A stretch of DNA of 64,000 nucleotides from Rikenellaceae bacterium (GTDB lineage Bacteria; Bacteroidota; Bacteroidia; Bacteroidales; Rikenellaceae): assembly GCA_015060005.1 (NCBI GenBank), contig SUZI01000002.1:218177-282176 (forward strand). The letters are read 5' to 3'. The notes under the pieces are model-generated. The model was not told the DNA's origin. It saw only the letters and a list, made by a program, of their open reading frames with translations, and did not search any database. Positions 1 to 8,677 of the stretch are shown here, piece by piece; the first letter of the stretch is position 1, and each line of letters starts with the position of its first letter. The position numbers and the translations under genes were made by a program.

Positions 1-216
1 GAGGGTATCCTCACCGACGAGGTGAAGCCTTTGCGTAAGGTTACTATCGAGCCTTATACCGACTCTTCAGATGCTATCGAGGTGGTTATGTCGCCTGTCG
101 AGGTGTCGGGCTACGACCCTACAACCGAGACCATCTATCTCTACTACCGCTACCGTATGCCATCAGAGGGCATCTGGTACGATGTACGCGAGACTATGGT
201 TCGTGCTGAAATCTAA
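1..216 (+). CDS. C-terminal fragment of a protein that starts upstream of the window; function unknown
   Basis: Frame 1 is open from base 1 (EGILTDEVKPL...) to the TAA at 214-216. The ORF-track start at 22 is a GTG inside this frame. Confidence 0.5.
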   Translation, partial: EGILTDEVKPLRKVTIEPYTDSSDAIEVVMSPVEVSGYDPTTETIYLYYRYRMPSEGIWYDVRETMVRAEI

Positions 217-232
217 AAATTTTAATTAGAGA

Positions 233-1591
233 ATGATTATGAACAAGAAATTTTTATCACTATACCTTATCGTATTTGCTGTGGCAGCGTTGGTTGGCTG
301 TACCAAGTACGATATCGAGGAGGTACCTTATGAGGATGGTCCTGCTATGCCAGAGACTTTGACTCCTCCAGCTGTAAGCCCTGAGTGGGGTCTTGAGCTG
401 ATGTATAATGAGGGTGGTCAGGCTGATTGTGTTTTCGTATACAAGGATAAGAAGTACGACCAGATGTTTACCCGTACACTCGGCTGGAACGGTGGCGATG
501 GCGTGTTGACTACCGCTCTTCCCGATGGTAACATCTATTGGACTTTCAACGATAGCTTCTATGGTCGTGTAAATCCTGAGACACGTGCTCGTTACAACTC
601 TAACTTCCCACGTAACTCTATTATGGTTCAGACAGGTGAGCAGAGCGACGAGAACCTCGTATGGCTCAACGAGTTTATCAACACCGACAATCCCGATGCT
701 TCGAACTACTATCAGGCTCGCACCCACATCCGTCATCCAAAGGCATCTTTGTCTGAGGGACAGATTCAGGCTGGCGATATTGACCAGGACTTCGTATATT
801 GGGCAGGCGATGCAACAGTTTACAACGACCCTGCACGCGGCAACGTGCTTCAGATGTTGTGGACAGGTGTTGACCTCACTCAGGGCAACGGTGCGATGAT
901 TAACATCGACGGCTGCTTGCGTGAGTATAGCTTGGAGGGTGCTCCTGGCGATGGCACCTATATGTCGGTACTCTCTACCAACTACGACTTCAAGGCTGAC
1001 GGTCAGGGCTACGGTTCTACTATGTTCGAGGATTACGAGGAGGGTCATATCTACCTCTACACTACCAAGCAGGATGGTCTTATCTGCCGTCCTTGTGTAG
1101 CTCGTACCAAGACTCTCGACCTTGCAAGCGAGTGGGAGTACTACATCCGCAACGTCGAGGGCGAGTGGGTATGGCAGACTCAGGTTCCTACCGATGAGGA
1201 GATGCTCCGTTCTTACATCTCGGAGTACTCGGGCTCAATGCCTTGGGTTGTAGAGCGTGATGGCGTATACTATATGTTTATGGAGGGCTTCCCATTTGGT
1301 CGCGACGTATATATGTATCGTTCGGAGACCCCTTATGGTCCTTTCGTAGACCGCGAGTTGCTCTTCACATTGCCTAAGACTCTGGATAAGTTTGGTGATG
1401 TATACCACCAGCGTTGGTATATGATTAACCTCCAGGAGTCGCTTTCACGTGAGGGTGAGTTGGTATTCTCTACCAACAGCGACCCAGTAAACTTCTGGGA
1501 TAACTTCAACCGTGAGGGTAGTGCCGACTTCTATCGTCCATTCTTCTTCCGTGTATATGGCTGGGAGAATGTTTACAACGATGTAGAATAA
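233..1591 (+). CDS. Secreted lipoprotein, probably glycan-active (DUF4185/DUF5005-like; family uncertain)
   Basis: Signal peptide with lipobox (AALVGC). 452 aa, first gene of a glycoside hydrolase cluster. Motifs GWNGGDGV and WTFNDSFYG. No catalytic family recognised with certainty. Confidence 0.45.
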   Translation: MIMNKKFLSLYLIVFAVAALVGCTKYDIEEVPYEDGPAMPETLTPPAVSPEWGLELMYNEGGQADCVFVYKDKKYDQMFTRTLGWNGGDGVLTTALPDGNIYWTFNDSFYGRVNPETRARYNSNFPRNSIMVQTGEQSDENLVWLNEFINTDNPDASNYYQARTHIRHPKASLSEGQIQAGDIDQDFVYWAGDATVYNDPARGNVLQMLWTGVDLTQGNGAMINIDGCLREYSLEGAPGDGTYMSVLSTNYDFKADGQGYGSTMFEDYEEGHIYLYTTKQDGLICRPCVARTKTLDLASEWEYYIRNVEGEWVWQTQVPTDEEMLRSYISEYSGSMPWVVERDGVYYMFMEGFPFGRDVYMYRSETPYGPFVDRELLFTLPKTLDKFGDVYHQRWYMINLQESLSREGELVFSTNSDPVNFWDNFNREGSADFYRPFFFRVYGWENVYNDVE

Positions 1592-1606
1592 GATTATGTT
1601 TTTCGT

Positions 1607-1639
1607 GTACCCCGTCTTACGGGGCGGGGTACATTTTTT
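1607..1639 (+). terminator. Rho-independent terminator-like hairpin
   Basis: GTACCCCG (1607-1614) pairs with CGGGGTAC (1625-1632), followed by TTTTTT (1634-1639), just after the stop at 1591. Confidence 0.6.
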
Positions 1640-1650
1640 AATTTTGACAG

Positions 1651-4539
1651 ATGCGAGTTTTATTTGCGATAGCCGCTTTATTTTTAGCTACAACGACTCT
1701 CCAGGCACAACAACACCTCTCGCTCAATAGCGATGCAGAGGGTGTTGAGTGGCAGGTAGAGCCAATAGGTGAGGGCGAGTCTTTGCCCGCAGTGAAGGCT
1801 GTGGTGCCAGGTTGTGTCTTTACGTCGTACGTGGAGGCGGGCGTTGAGGAGGACCCAAATTTCGGTGATAATGTACATCGCGTCGATAAGCGACGTTATG
1901 ACCGAGATTTTCTCTACACGTGCCGTTTTACCACCCCATCGCTGGGGGAGGGTGAGCGTCTGTGGCTCAACTTTGAGGGCGTAAATCGCAAGGGTAAGGT
2001 CTATCTGAACGACACCTATTTAGGTCTGCTCGATGGCTTTATGCAGCGAGGCAAGTACGACATCACATCGCTTGTCAAGGCTGATAATGTGCTGCGTGTC
2101 GAGGTGGAGTGGGTAGGACACCCCGTCCCCAACTTCCGCTCGCCAACCTATATCGCTTCGGCGAGCTGGGACTGGATGCCTTATGTGCCGGGACTGTTGA
2201 GCGGTATCACCGACGACGTGTTCCTCACAACATCGGGCGACGTAACGCTCCAGGACCCCTGGGTGCGTACACATCTCGCTCGCTCAAACGACAAGGCTTT
2301 CTTGACGCTCCAGACCGAGGTGCAGAACCACTCTGCCCAGACGTGGAAGGGTGTGTTGCGTGGCGAGATAGAGCCTTTGGGCATACGTTTCGAGCAGGAT
2401 GTTACTGTTGAGGCAGGTAAGAGCAGCACGGTGGTGCTTAACCCACGCAACGAGAACTCTTTGGTTGTGGAAAATCCCGCCTTGTGGTGGCCTAACGGTA
2501 TGGGTGAGCCTGTGTTGCACGATATGCACATAGAGCTTGTGCAGGGCGAGATGGTTTCCGATGCGGATGATATCCGTTTCGGTATCCGCCAATACGGTTA
2601 TGAGATGGTCGATGGCATCTTCTGTCTCAAGATAAATGGCGAGCCTGTATATGTCAAGGGTGGTAATTGGGGTATGAGTGAGTGGCTGCTACGCTCGCGT
2701 GGCGAGGAGTATGACCTCCGCATAGCTCTGCACCGCCACCTGAACTACAATATGATTCGTAACTGGATAGGCTCCGTTACAGATGAGGAGTTCTACGATG
2801 CGTGCGATAAGTATGGTATTATGGTCTGGGATGACTTCTGGCTCAACTCACACCGCAACCTGCCGCACGACCTGCATACATTCCACGCCAACGCCATAGA
2901 GAAGATTAAGCGTCTGCGTAACCACGCCTCGATAGCGGTGTGGTGTGGCGACAACGAGGGTGTGCCCGAGAAACCGCTCGACGACTGGATGCGTGGCGAC
3001 GTGGCATACTACGATGGTGGCGACCGCCATTATCAGTCGATATCCAACTCGCAGGGCTTGTCGGGAAGTGGCCCGTGGGCTAATATGCATCCGAGCTGGT
3101 ACTTTACACCCTACCCTATGATGTATGGCTATAAGGGACGTCCCGAGTGGGGCTTCCGCACAGAGATAGGTACAGCAGTGTTTACCACCTTCGAGAGCTT
3201 CCGTAAGTTTATGCCCGAGGATAGCTGGTGGCCACGTAACGAGATGTGGAACAAGCACTACTTCGGTCCTCTGGCAGCCAACGCAGGTCCCGACCGCTAC
3301 GAGGAGGCTCTGGCAGAGAACTATGGCGAGCCACAGGGCATCGAGGATTTCTGCCGCAAGGCTCAGCTGCTCAACTTAGAGGTCAACAAGGCTATGTATG
3401 AGGGCTGGCAACACCATCTGTGGCAGAATTCTACGGGTATAATGACGTGGATGAGCCAGTCGGCATATCCATCGCTCGTATGGCAGACCTACGACTACTA
3501 CTTCGACCCTACGGGAGCCTATTGGGGAGTGCGTAAGGCGTGCGAGCATATCCACATACAGTGGAGCCACGCCGACGACTCGGTGCGTGCTGTCAACACC
3601 ACTCTCGCGGCACTCGACTTTGTTGAGGCTACAGCCAAGGTCTACGACCTCGATGGTCGCGAGCTGACACAATACTCGCAGCAGCTCAAGTCATCACTCT
3701 CGCCCAACTCGGTGCAAGAGCTCTTTACGTTGAACTTCTCGGTGGGTAACTTGGCACGTGGGGCGAAGGTGAGAGCCTCTTCGACCTCACGCGACGCACA
3801 GCGAGCAAGTGCTGTAACCGACGGTAAGGGAGGCACACGCTGGGCAAGCGAGTATAACGACGCAGAGTGGATTGAGCTCGACTTGGGCAAGCAGACTACA
3901 TTCAACGAGATAGTGCTCAAGTGGGAGGGTGCTCACGCAACAGTCTACCGCATACTCCTCTCGCAGGATGGAGCACAATGGCACGAGGTGCACGCCGAGC
4001 AGGAGTGCAAGGGTGGCGAGCAGCATATCGCTGTGGAGCGACAGGCGGCACGTTACGTCAAAGTGGAGTGCTCGAAGCGAGCTACGCAGTGGGGCTACTC
4101 GCTCTATGAGATAGAGCTCTACAACCGCGATGCGAAGACTCCACAGCTCTCGCCCGTACATTTCATACGTCTTGAGCTGAAGGATGCCGAGGGTAAGCTC
4201 CTCTCGGATAACTTCTATTGGAGGGCTACCGAGCGAGGTAACTATCAGGCACTCAACACTCTCGCCCCAGCAAAGCTGAAGACTACGACACGTCTTATTA
4301 CGGAGGGCGAGCGTAAGATAATACGCACTACGGTTAGAAACGTAGGTCGAGGTGTGGCATTTGCCATCCACATCCAGCCACGTCGCACAAGCGATGGCGA
4401 GCGAATACTGCCTTATGTGGCGGAGGATAACTACATCACGTTGCTTCCGGGCGAGAGCCGCACACTCAACTTTGAGTTCGATGGAGAGTTGCTGCCCGAT
4501 GACCGTTACAGCGTCGACGTAAAAGCTTATAACAACTAA
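1651..4539 (+). CDS. Glycoside hydrolase family 2 with a C-terminal F5/8 type C (discoidin) carbohydrate-binding domain
   Basis: Signal peptide. GH2-like sugar-binding and TIM-barrel motifs (NGEPVYVKGGNWG, WDDFWL, VWCGDNEG). Discoidin-like segment TDGKGGTRWASEYNDAEWIELDLG. Confidence 0.7.
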   Translation: MRVLFAIAALFLATTTLQAQQHLSLNSDAEGVEWQVEPIGEGESLPAVKAVVPGCVFTSYVEAGVEEDPNFGDNVHRVDKRRYDRDFLYTCRFTTPSLGEGERLWLNFEGVNRKGKVYLNDTYLGLLDGFMQRGKYDITSLVKADNVLRVEVEWVGHPVPNFRSPTYIASASWDWMPYVPGLLSGITDDVFLTTSGDVTLQDPWVRTHLARSNDKAFLTLQTEVQNHSAQTWKGVLRGEIEPLGIRFEQDVTVEAGKSSTVVLNPRNENSLVVENPALWWPNGMGEPVLHDMHIELVQGEMVSDADDIRFGIRQYGYEMVDGIFCLKINGEPVYVKGGNWGMSEWLLRSRGEEYDLRIALHRHLNYNMIRNWIGSVTDEEFYDACDKYGIMVWDDFWLNSHRNLPHDLHTFHANAIEKIKRLRNHASIAVWCGDNEGVPEKPLDDWMRGDVAYYDGGDRHYQSISNSQGLSGSGPWANMHPSWYFTPYPMMYGYKGRPEWGFRTEIGTAVFTTFESFRKFMPEDSWWPRNEMWNKHYFGPLAANAGPDRYEEALAENYGEPQGIEDFCRKAQLLNLEVNKAMYEGWQHHLWQNSTGIMTWMSQSAYPSLVWQTYDYYFDPTGAYWGVRKACEHIHIQWSHADDSVRAVNTTLAALDFVEATAKVYDLDGRELTQYSQQLKSSLSPNSVQELFTLNFSVGNLARGAKVRASSTSRDAQRASAVTDGKGGTRWASEYNDAEWIELDLGKQTTFNEIVLKWEGAHATVYRILLSQDGAQWHEVHAEQECKGGEQHIAVERQAARYVKVECSKRATQWGYSLYEIELYNRDAKTPQLSPVHFIRLELKDAEGKLLSDNFYWRATERGNYQALNTLAPAKLKTTTRLITEGERKIIRTTVRNVGRGVAFAIHIQPRRTSDGERILPYVAEDNYITLLPGESRTLNFEFDGELLPDDRYSVDVKAYNN

Positions 4540-4595
4540 AAAGTAAAAACTAAAAACTAACAGCCAAGAACTGAAAACTAAAAGATATAATTACT

Positions 4596-5978
4596 ATGAA
4601 AAAACTTATTCTTCTTTGTGTGCTTTTGGCGAGTGTCGTATGTGGCACACAGGCACAGCAGGTAGCTCCTTTCAAGGATGGTGAGCGTGCAGTATTTCTG
4701 GGTAACAGTATTACCGATGGTGGTCATTACCACTCTTACATCTGGCTCTACTATATGACCCGCTTCCCATTTATGGATATCACAGTCTGCAACGCAGGTA
4801 TCGGTGGCGACACAGCAGCCGATATGTTTGACCGTCTTGATGGCGACGTGTTCGACAAGAAGCCAACAGTCCTGATGGTAACATTCGGTATGAACGATAC
4901 AGGCTACTTCGAGTTTGGTTGGGATAATGCTGCCGAGGCAACAGAGAAGAAGTTCCAGCAGTGCTACGATAACTTCAAGCTCATCGAGGCTCGTCTGAAG
5001 AGTTTGAAGGGTGTGCGTATCGTGATGGTGGGTGGCTCTCCATTTGATGAGACAGCAGAGCAGCAGAGCAACTCCTGGAAGAATAAGAACACCGTTATGC
5101 AGCGTATATCGGAGTTCCAGCGTAAGGCTGCCGAGGAGAATGGTTGGGAGTTCATAGACTTCAATGCTCCTATGACCGAGATAAATCTGCGTGAGCAGGC
5201 TAAAGACCCTAAGTTCACTTTGTGTGGTACAGACCGTATCCACCCAGGAAACGACGGTCATATGGTTATGGCATACCTCTACCTCAAGGCTCAGGGCTTC
5301 GTAGGTAAGGAGGTGGCTGACGTAGAGGTAGATGCTGCCAAGTTGCAGGCTCTGCGTGAGAAGAATTGTAAGGTGAGCAACATCGAGGGCAACCGTCGCG
5401 AGCTTAAGTTCGACTACTTGGCTGAGGCTCTGCCTTATCCTCTCGACACAATCACTCGTGGCTGGGGAGCTGTGGGCACTCAGGCGGGCGTAGATAAGGT
5501 CGTACCTTTCACCGAGGAGATGAACCGCGAGATGCTCACGGTGAAGAACCTCAAGTCGGGCACCTACGGTCTCTATATCGACGATGAGCACTGTGGCGAC
5601 TTCACATCGAAAGAGCTCGCCGAGGGTATCAACCTTGCCAAGATTGACCGTACACCACAGTATCAGCAGGCGTTGGCTGTGATGCACCTCAACGAGATTC
5701 GCTGGGAGGTGGAGCGTAAGTTCCGCGAGATAGCGTGGGTGCAGTGGGGCTTCCTGCAGCAGTATGGCTTGGCAGAGTCGTTTGACCGTCGTGCTGTGGA
5801 GGCTATCGACCGCGAGAAGGGCAACAACGGTTGGGTGAATGCTCAGCGTGGCAACTACTCGACAATGATGTATGAGGCAGTTCGTGAGGCTCGTACCGAG
5901 CAGATGGATGTGCTTGTAGATAAGATTTACGAGGTGAACAAGCCTCAGGTAAGACGCGTAGAGTTGCGTCAGCGATAG
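4596..5978 (+). CDS. SGNH/GDSL-family hydrolase (probable carbohydrate esterase)
   Basis: Signal peptide. Block I FLGNSITDGG, block III FGMNDTG, block V DRIHPGNDGH. Confidence 0.75.
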   Translation: MKKLILLCVLLASVVCGTQAQQVAPFKDGERAVFLGNSITDGGHYHSYIWLYYMTRFPFMDITVCNAGIGGDTAADMFDRLDGDVFDKKPTVLMVTFGMNDTGYFEFGWDNAAEATEKKFQQCYDNFKLIEARLKSLKGVRIVMVGGSPFDETAEQQSNSWKNKNTVMQRISEFQRKAAEENGWEFIDFNAPMTEINLREQAKDPKFTLCGTDRIHPGNDGHMVMAYLYLKAQGFVGKEVADVEVDAAKLQALREKNCKVSNIEGNRRELKFDYLAEALPYPLDTITRGWGAVGTQAGVDKVVPFTEEMNREMLTVKNLKSGTYGLYIDDEHCGDFTSKELAEGINLAKIDRTPQYQQALAVMHLNEIRWEVERKFREIAWVQWGFLQQYGLAESFDRRAVEAIDREKGNNGWVNAQRGNYSTMMYEAVREARTEQMDVLVDKIYEVNKPQVRRVELRQR

Positions 5979-6011
5979 ACTTAGTGTAAAACCCCAAAAT
6001 AAAAACATCCG

Positions 6012-8666
6012 ATGAAACGACTACTCCTCGCTGTTGCGTGTGTGATGATGCTCTGCTCGGTGGCTTCGGCTAAGGGCGTGAGCGTCGAGGCACTGCGTGT
6101 ATGCCATCTGGAGAAGCCCCTCGCCATAGACACCCCTACACCATCGTTCAGCTGGCAGATTCACTCTGCTAAGGAGGGCGATGAGCAGACCTCGTACCGC
6201 ATTATGGTGGCAAGCTCTGAGGAGCTGCTGGCACGTGGCGAGGCTGATGTGTGGGACTCGGGCACGGTGGAGAGTGAGCAGTCGGTGCAGGTCGTATATC
6301 GTGGCGAGCCTCTTGAGTCGCGACACCAATATTGGTGGCAGGTGGAGCTGACAACAGCCCTGAGCCGCAAGGTGGTACGCTCCGAGGTGAGTCGTTTCGG
6401 CATAGGAATTATCGACGCCGAGGATATTGCGGGCGAGTTCATCGGCGTGGAGGGCTCGGGAGCACGAGCTGTTATGCTGCGACAGAGCTTCGAGGTGGAG
6501 CAGAGCTTCGATGCAGCCCTTATGCAGGTAAACTCTTTGGGCTATCACGAAATATGGATTAATGGCAAGCGTGTAGGCGATTCGGTGTTGGCTCCTGCCA
6601 TTTCGCAGCTCAACAAACGCTCACAGTGGGTATGCTACGATGTAGCTCCATATCTGAGCGAGGGAGAGAACGATGTTGTCATCTGGCTCGGTCAGGGCTG
6701 GTATAAGCGTGGCACATTCGGTCGCTGGGCAATGGATGAGCCCTACACAGAGCCTTTAGTGAGAGCACAGATAGAGATCTATTCGGATGGTAATCCTGCG
6801 ACAATATGCTCGACAGATGACTCTTGGCGTGGTGCCGAGACGGGCTACCGCGACACAGGCTCGTGGAATGCCCTGGACTTCGGTGGCGAGCAGGTCGATG
6901 CACGACGCAACCCTATGTCGATGCAGCGAGAGGATTTGGATGCTATGGCGTGGGGTAAGGTCATTGAAAGAGAGAAGCCTCAGATGGTGGCAACACCTCA
7001 GATGGTGGAGGCTGATAAGATACAATACCGCCTTGAGCCTCAGCGTGTTGAGCAGGTGGGCAAAGGCGAGTGGAAGGTAGATTTCGGAAAGGTTATAACC
7101 GGTTGGTTGGAGTTCAAGGCTGAGGGGTTACTCTCCGGCGAGTGTGTTGAAATAGAGTATAGCGACGAAGTAGACAAGGAGGGTAACCTTCTCGACCAAC
7201 GCCAGCACGACAGCTACATAGCACGTGGCGAAAATGACGTGTTCTGCAACAAATTTAACCATCACGCCTTCCGTTATCTGCGTATAAAGGGGTTGAAGGA
7301 GGCACCGTCGAAGGATAATATGGCGGCACTTGCCATATATACCGACTACTCGACCGACTCCTCGTTTGAGTGTTCCGACGCAGACCTCAATGCCATACAC
7401 GCGATGATACAGCGTACGATGACGTGTCTCACGTTCAACGGTTATATGGTCGACTGTCCGCACCTGGAGCGTGCAGGATATGGTGGCGATGGCAACTCCT
7501 CGACCATAGCCTTGCAGACTATGTATGGCGTAGCTCCTCTATACCAGAATTGGGTACAGGCGTGGGCTGATGCTATGCGTGAGGGCGGTAGCCTGCCACA
7601 CGTGTCGCCTAATGCGGGAGCAGGTGGCGGAGGTCCTTATTGGTGTGGTTTCATCGTTATGGCACCATACAACACCTATCTCAACTATGGCGACTCTCTC
7701 ATCGTGGAGCGTCATTACGATAAGATGGTGGAGTGGATGGGCTACGTAGAGCGTCATTTCAAGGATGGATTGAAGCACCGCTGGCCCGATACACCTTACC
7801 GCGATTGGTATCTGGGTGATTGGTTGGCTCCGTGGGGCGTAGATGCCGGCAATGGCGACTCGGTGATGTTGGTCAACAACTGCTTCATAAGCGACTGCTA
7901 CGCACGTATGGCAGAGATGGCTCGTCTTGTAGGTAAGAGAGCCGATGCCGAGCGTTGGGAGCAGAGCCGCAAGGCACTCAATGAGGCTATACACTCCCGT
8001 TTCTACGACGCCGAGCGTCAGGCATACGCCACAGGCTCGCAACTCGATATGGTCTATCCTATGCTGGTCGGAGCAACACCCGAGGAGCTCACTGCGGATG
8101 TTCGCGAGAGCCTGATGCGTTACTCCGAGGAGCAGATGAAGGGACACATAGGTGGCGGCTTGGTTGGCGTACCTCTCATCACACGCTGGGCGATAGAGGC
8201 AGGCGAGGTAGATTGGATGTACGGTATGCTCAAGAAGCGAGACTACCCTGGCTACCTCTATATGATTGATAATGGTGCGACAGCTACCTGGGAGTATTGG
8301 AATGGCGAGCGTAGCCGCGTACATAACTGCTACAATGGCATAGCGACGTGGTTCTACCAGGCTTTGGGCGGTCTGCGACCTCTGAGCGAGGGTGCAGGAT
8401 ATAGCCGCGTGAGGATTGAGCCACAGGTGGCTGAGGGTGTCGAGTGGTGCAACATATCGAAGCAGACACCTTATGGTGAGATAACCATCGGCTGGCAGAA
8501 GCACCAGGATGAGTTCGTGATGGAGATAACATTGCCTGTGGGCGTGGAGGCTGAGGTGGTGATACCTGCCGAGGCACACAATATCAAGCACAACAAGCAG
8601 AGCTTGCAGAGCGGCGAGCTGGTTGTGATAAAGTCTGGAAGACACGTAGTGAAGTATAATATTTAG
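6012..8666 (+). CDS. Alpha-L-rhamnosidase, GH78
   Basis: 884 aa. N-terminal rhamnosidase signature (FSWQI...YRIMV...VWDSG...YWWQVEL) and a C-terminal six-hairpin region typical of bacterial GH78. Confidence 0.8.
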   Translation: MKRLLLAVACVMMLCSVASAKGVSVEALRVCHLEKPLAIDTPTPSFSWQIHSAKEGDEQTSYRIMVASSEELLARGEADVWDSGTVESEQSVQVVYRGEPLESRHQYWWQVELTTALSRKVVRSEVSRFGIGIIDAEDIAGEFIGVEGSGARAVMLRQSFEVEQSFDAALMQVNSLGYHEIWINGKRVGDSVLAPAISQLNKRSQWVCYDVAPYLSEGENDVVIWLGQGWYKRGTFGRWAMDEPYTEPLVRAQIEIYSDGNPATICSTDDSWRGAETGYRDTGSWNALDFGGEQVDARRNPMSMQREDLDAMAWGKVIEREKPQMVATPQMVEADKIQYRLEPQRVEQVGKGEWKVDFGKVITGWLEFKAEGLLSGECVEIEYSDEVDKEGNLLDQRQHDSYIARGENDVFCNKFNHHAFRYLRIKGLKEAPSKDNMAALAIYTDYSTDSSFECSDADLNAIHAMIQRTMTCLTFNGYMVDCPHLERAGYGGDGNSSTIALQTMYGVAPLYQNWVQAWADAMREGGSLPHVSPNAGAGGGGPYWCGFIVMAPYNTYLNYGDSLIVERHYDKMVEWMGYVERHFKDGLKHRWPDTPYRDWYLGDWLAPWGVDAGNGDSVMLVNNCFISDCYARMAEMARLVGKRADAERWEQSRKALNEAIHSRFYDAERQAYATGSQLDMVYPMLVGATPEELTADVRESLMRYSEEQMKGHIGGGLVGVPLITRWAIEAGEVDWMYGMLKKRDYPGYLYMIDNGATATWEYWNGERSRVHNCYNGIATWFYQALGGLRPLSEGAGYSRVRIEPQVAEGVEWCNISKQTPYGEITIGWQKHQDEFVMEITLPVGVEAEVVIPAEAHNIKHNKQSLQSGELVVIKSGRHVVKYNI

Positions 8667-8677
8667 TGATGTCAGAT

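Noticed and set aside
4578-6008. A 476-aa minus-strand ORF, with similar long ORFs at 7539-8804 and 43330-44679
   Set aside because: They lie exactly antisense to well-supported genes (SGNH hydrolase, GH78/GH92, GH16/GH3). Their translations are Leu/His/Val/Cys-rich with no motifs. These are typical shadow ORFs in GC3-biased coding DNA.
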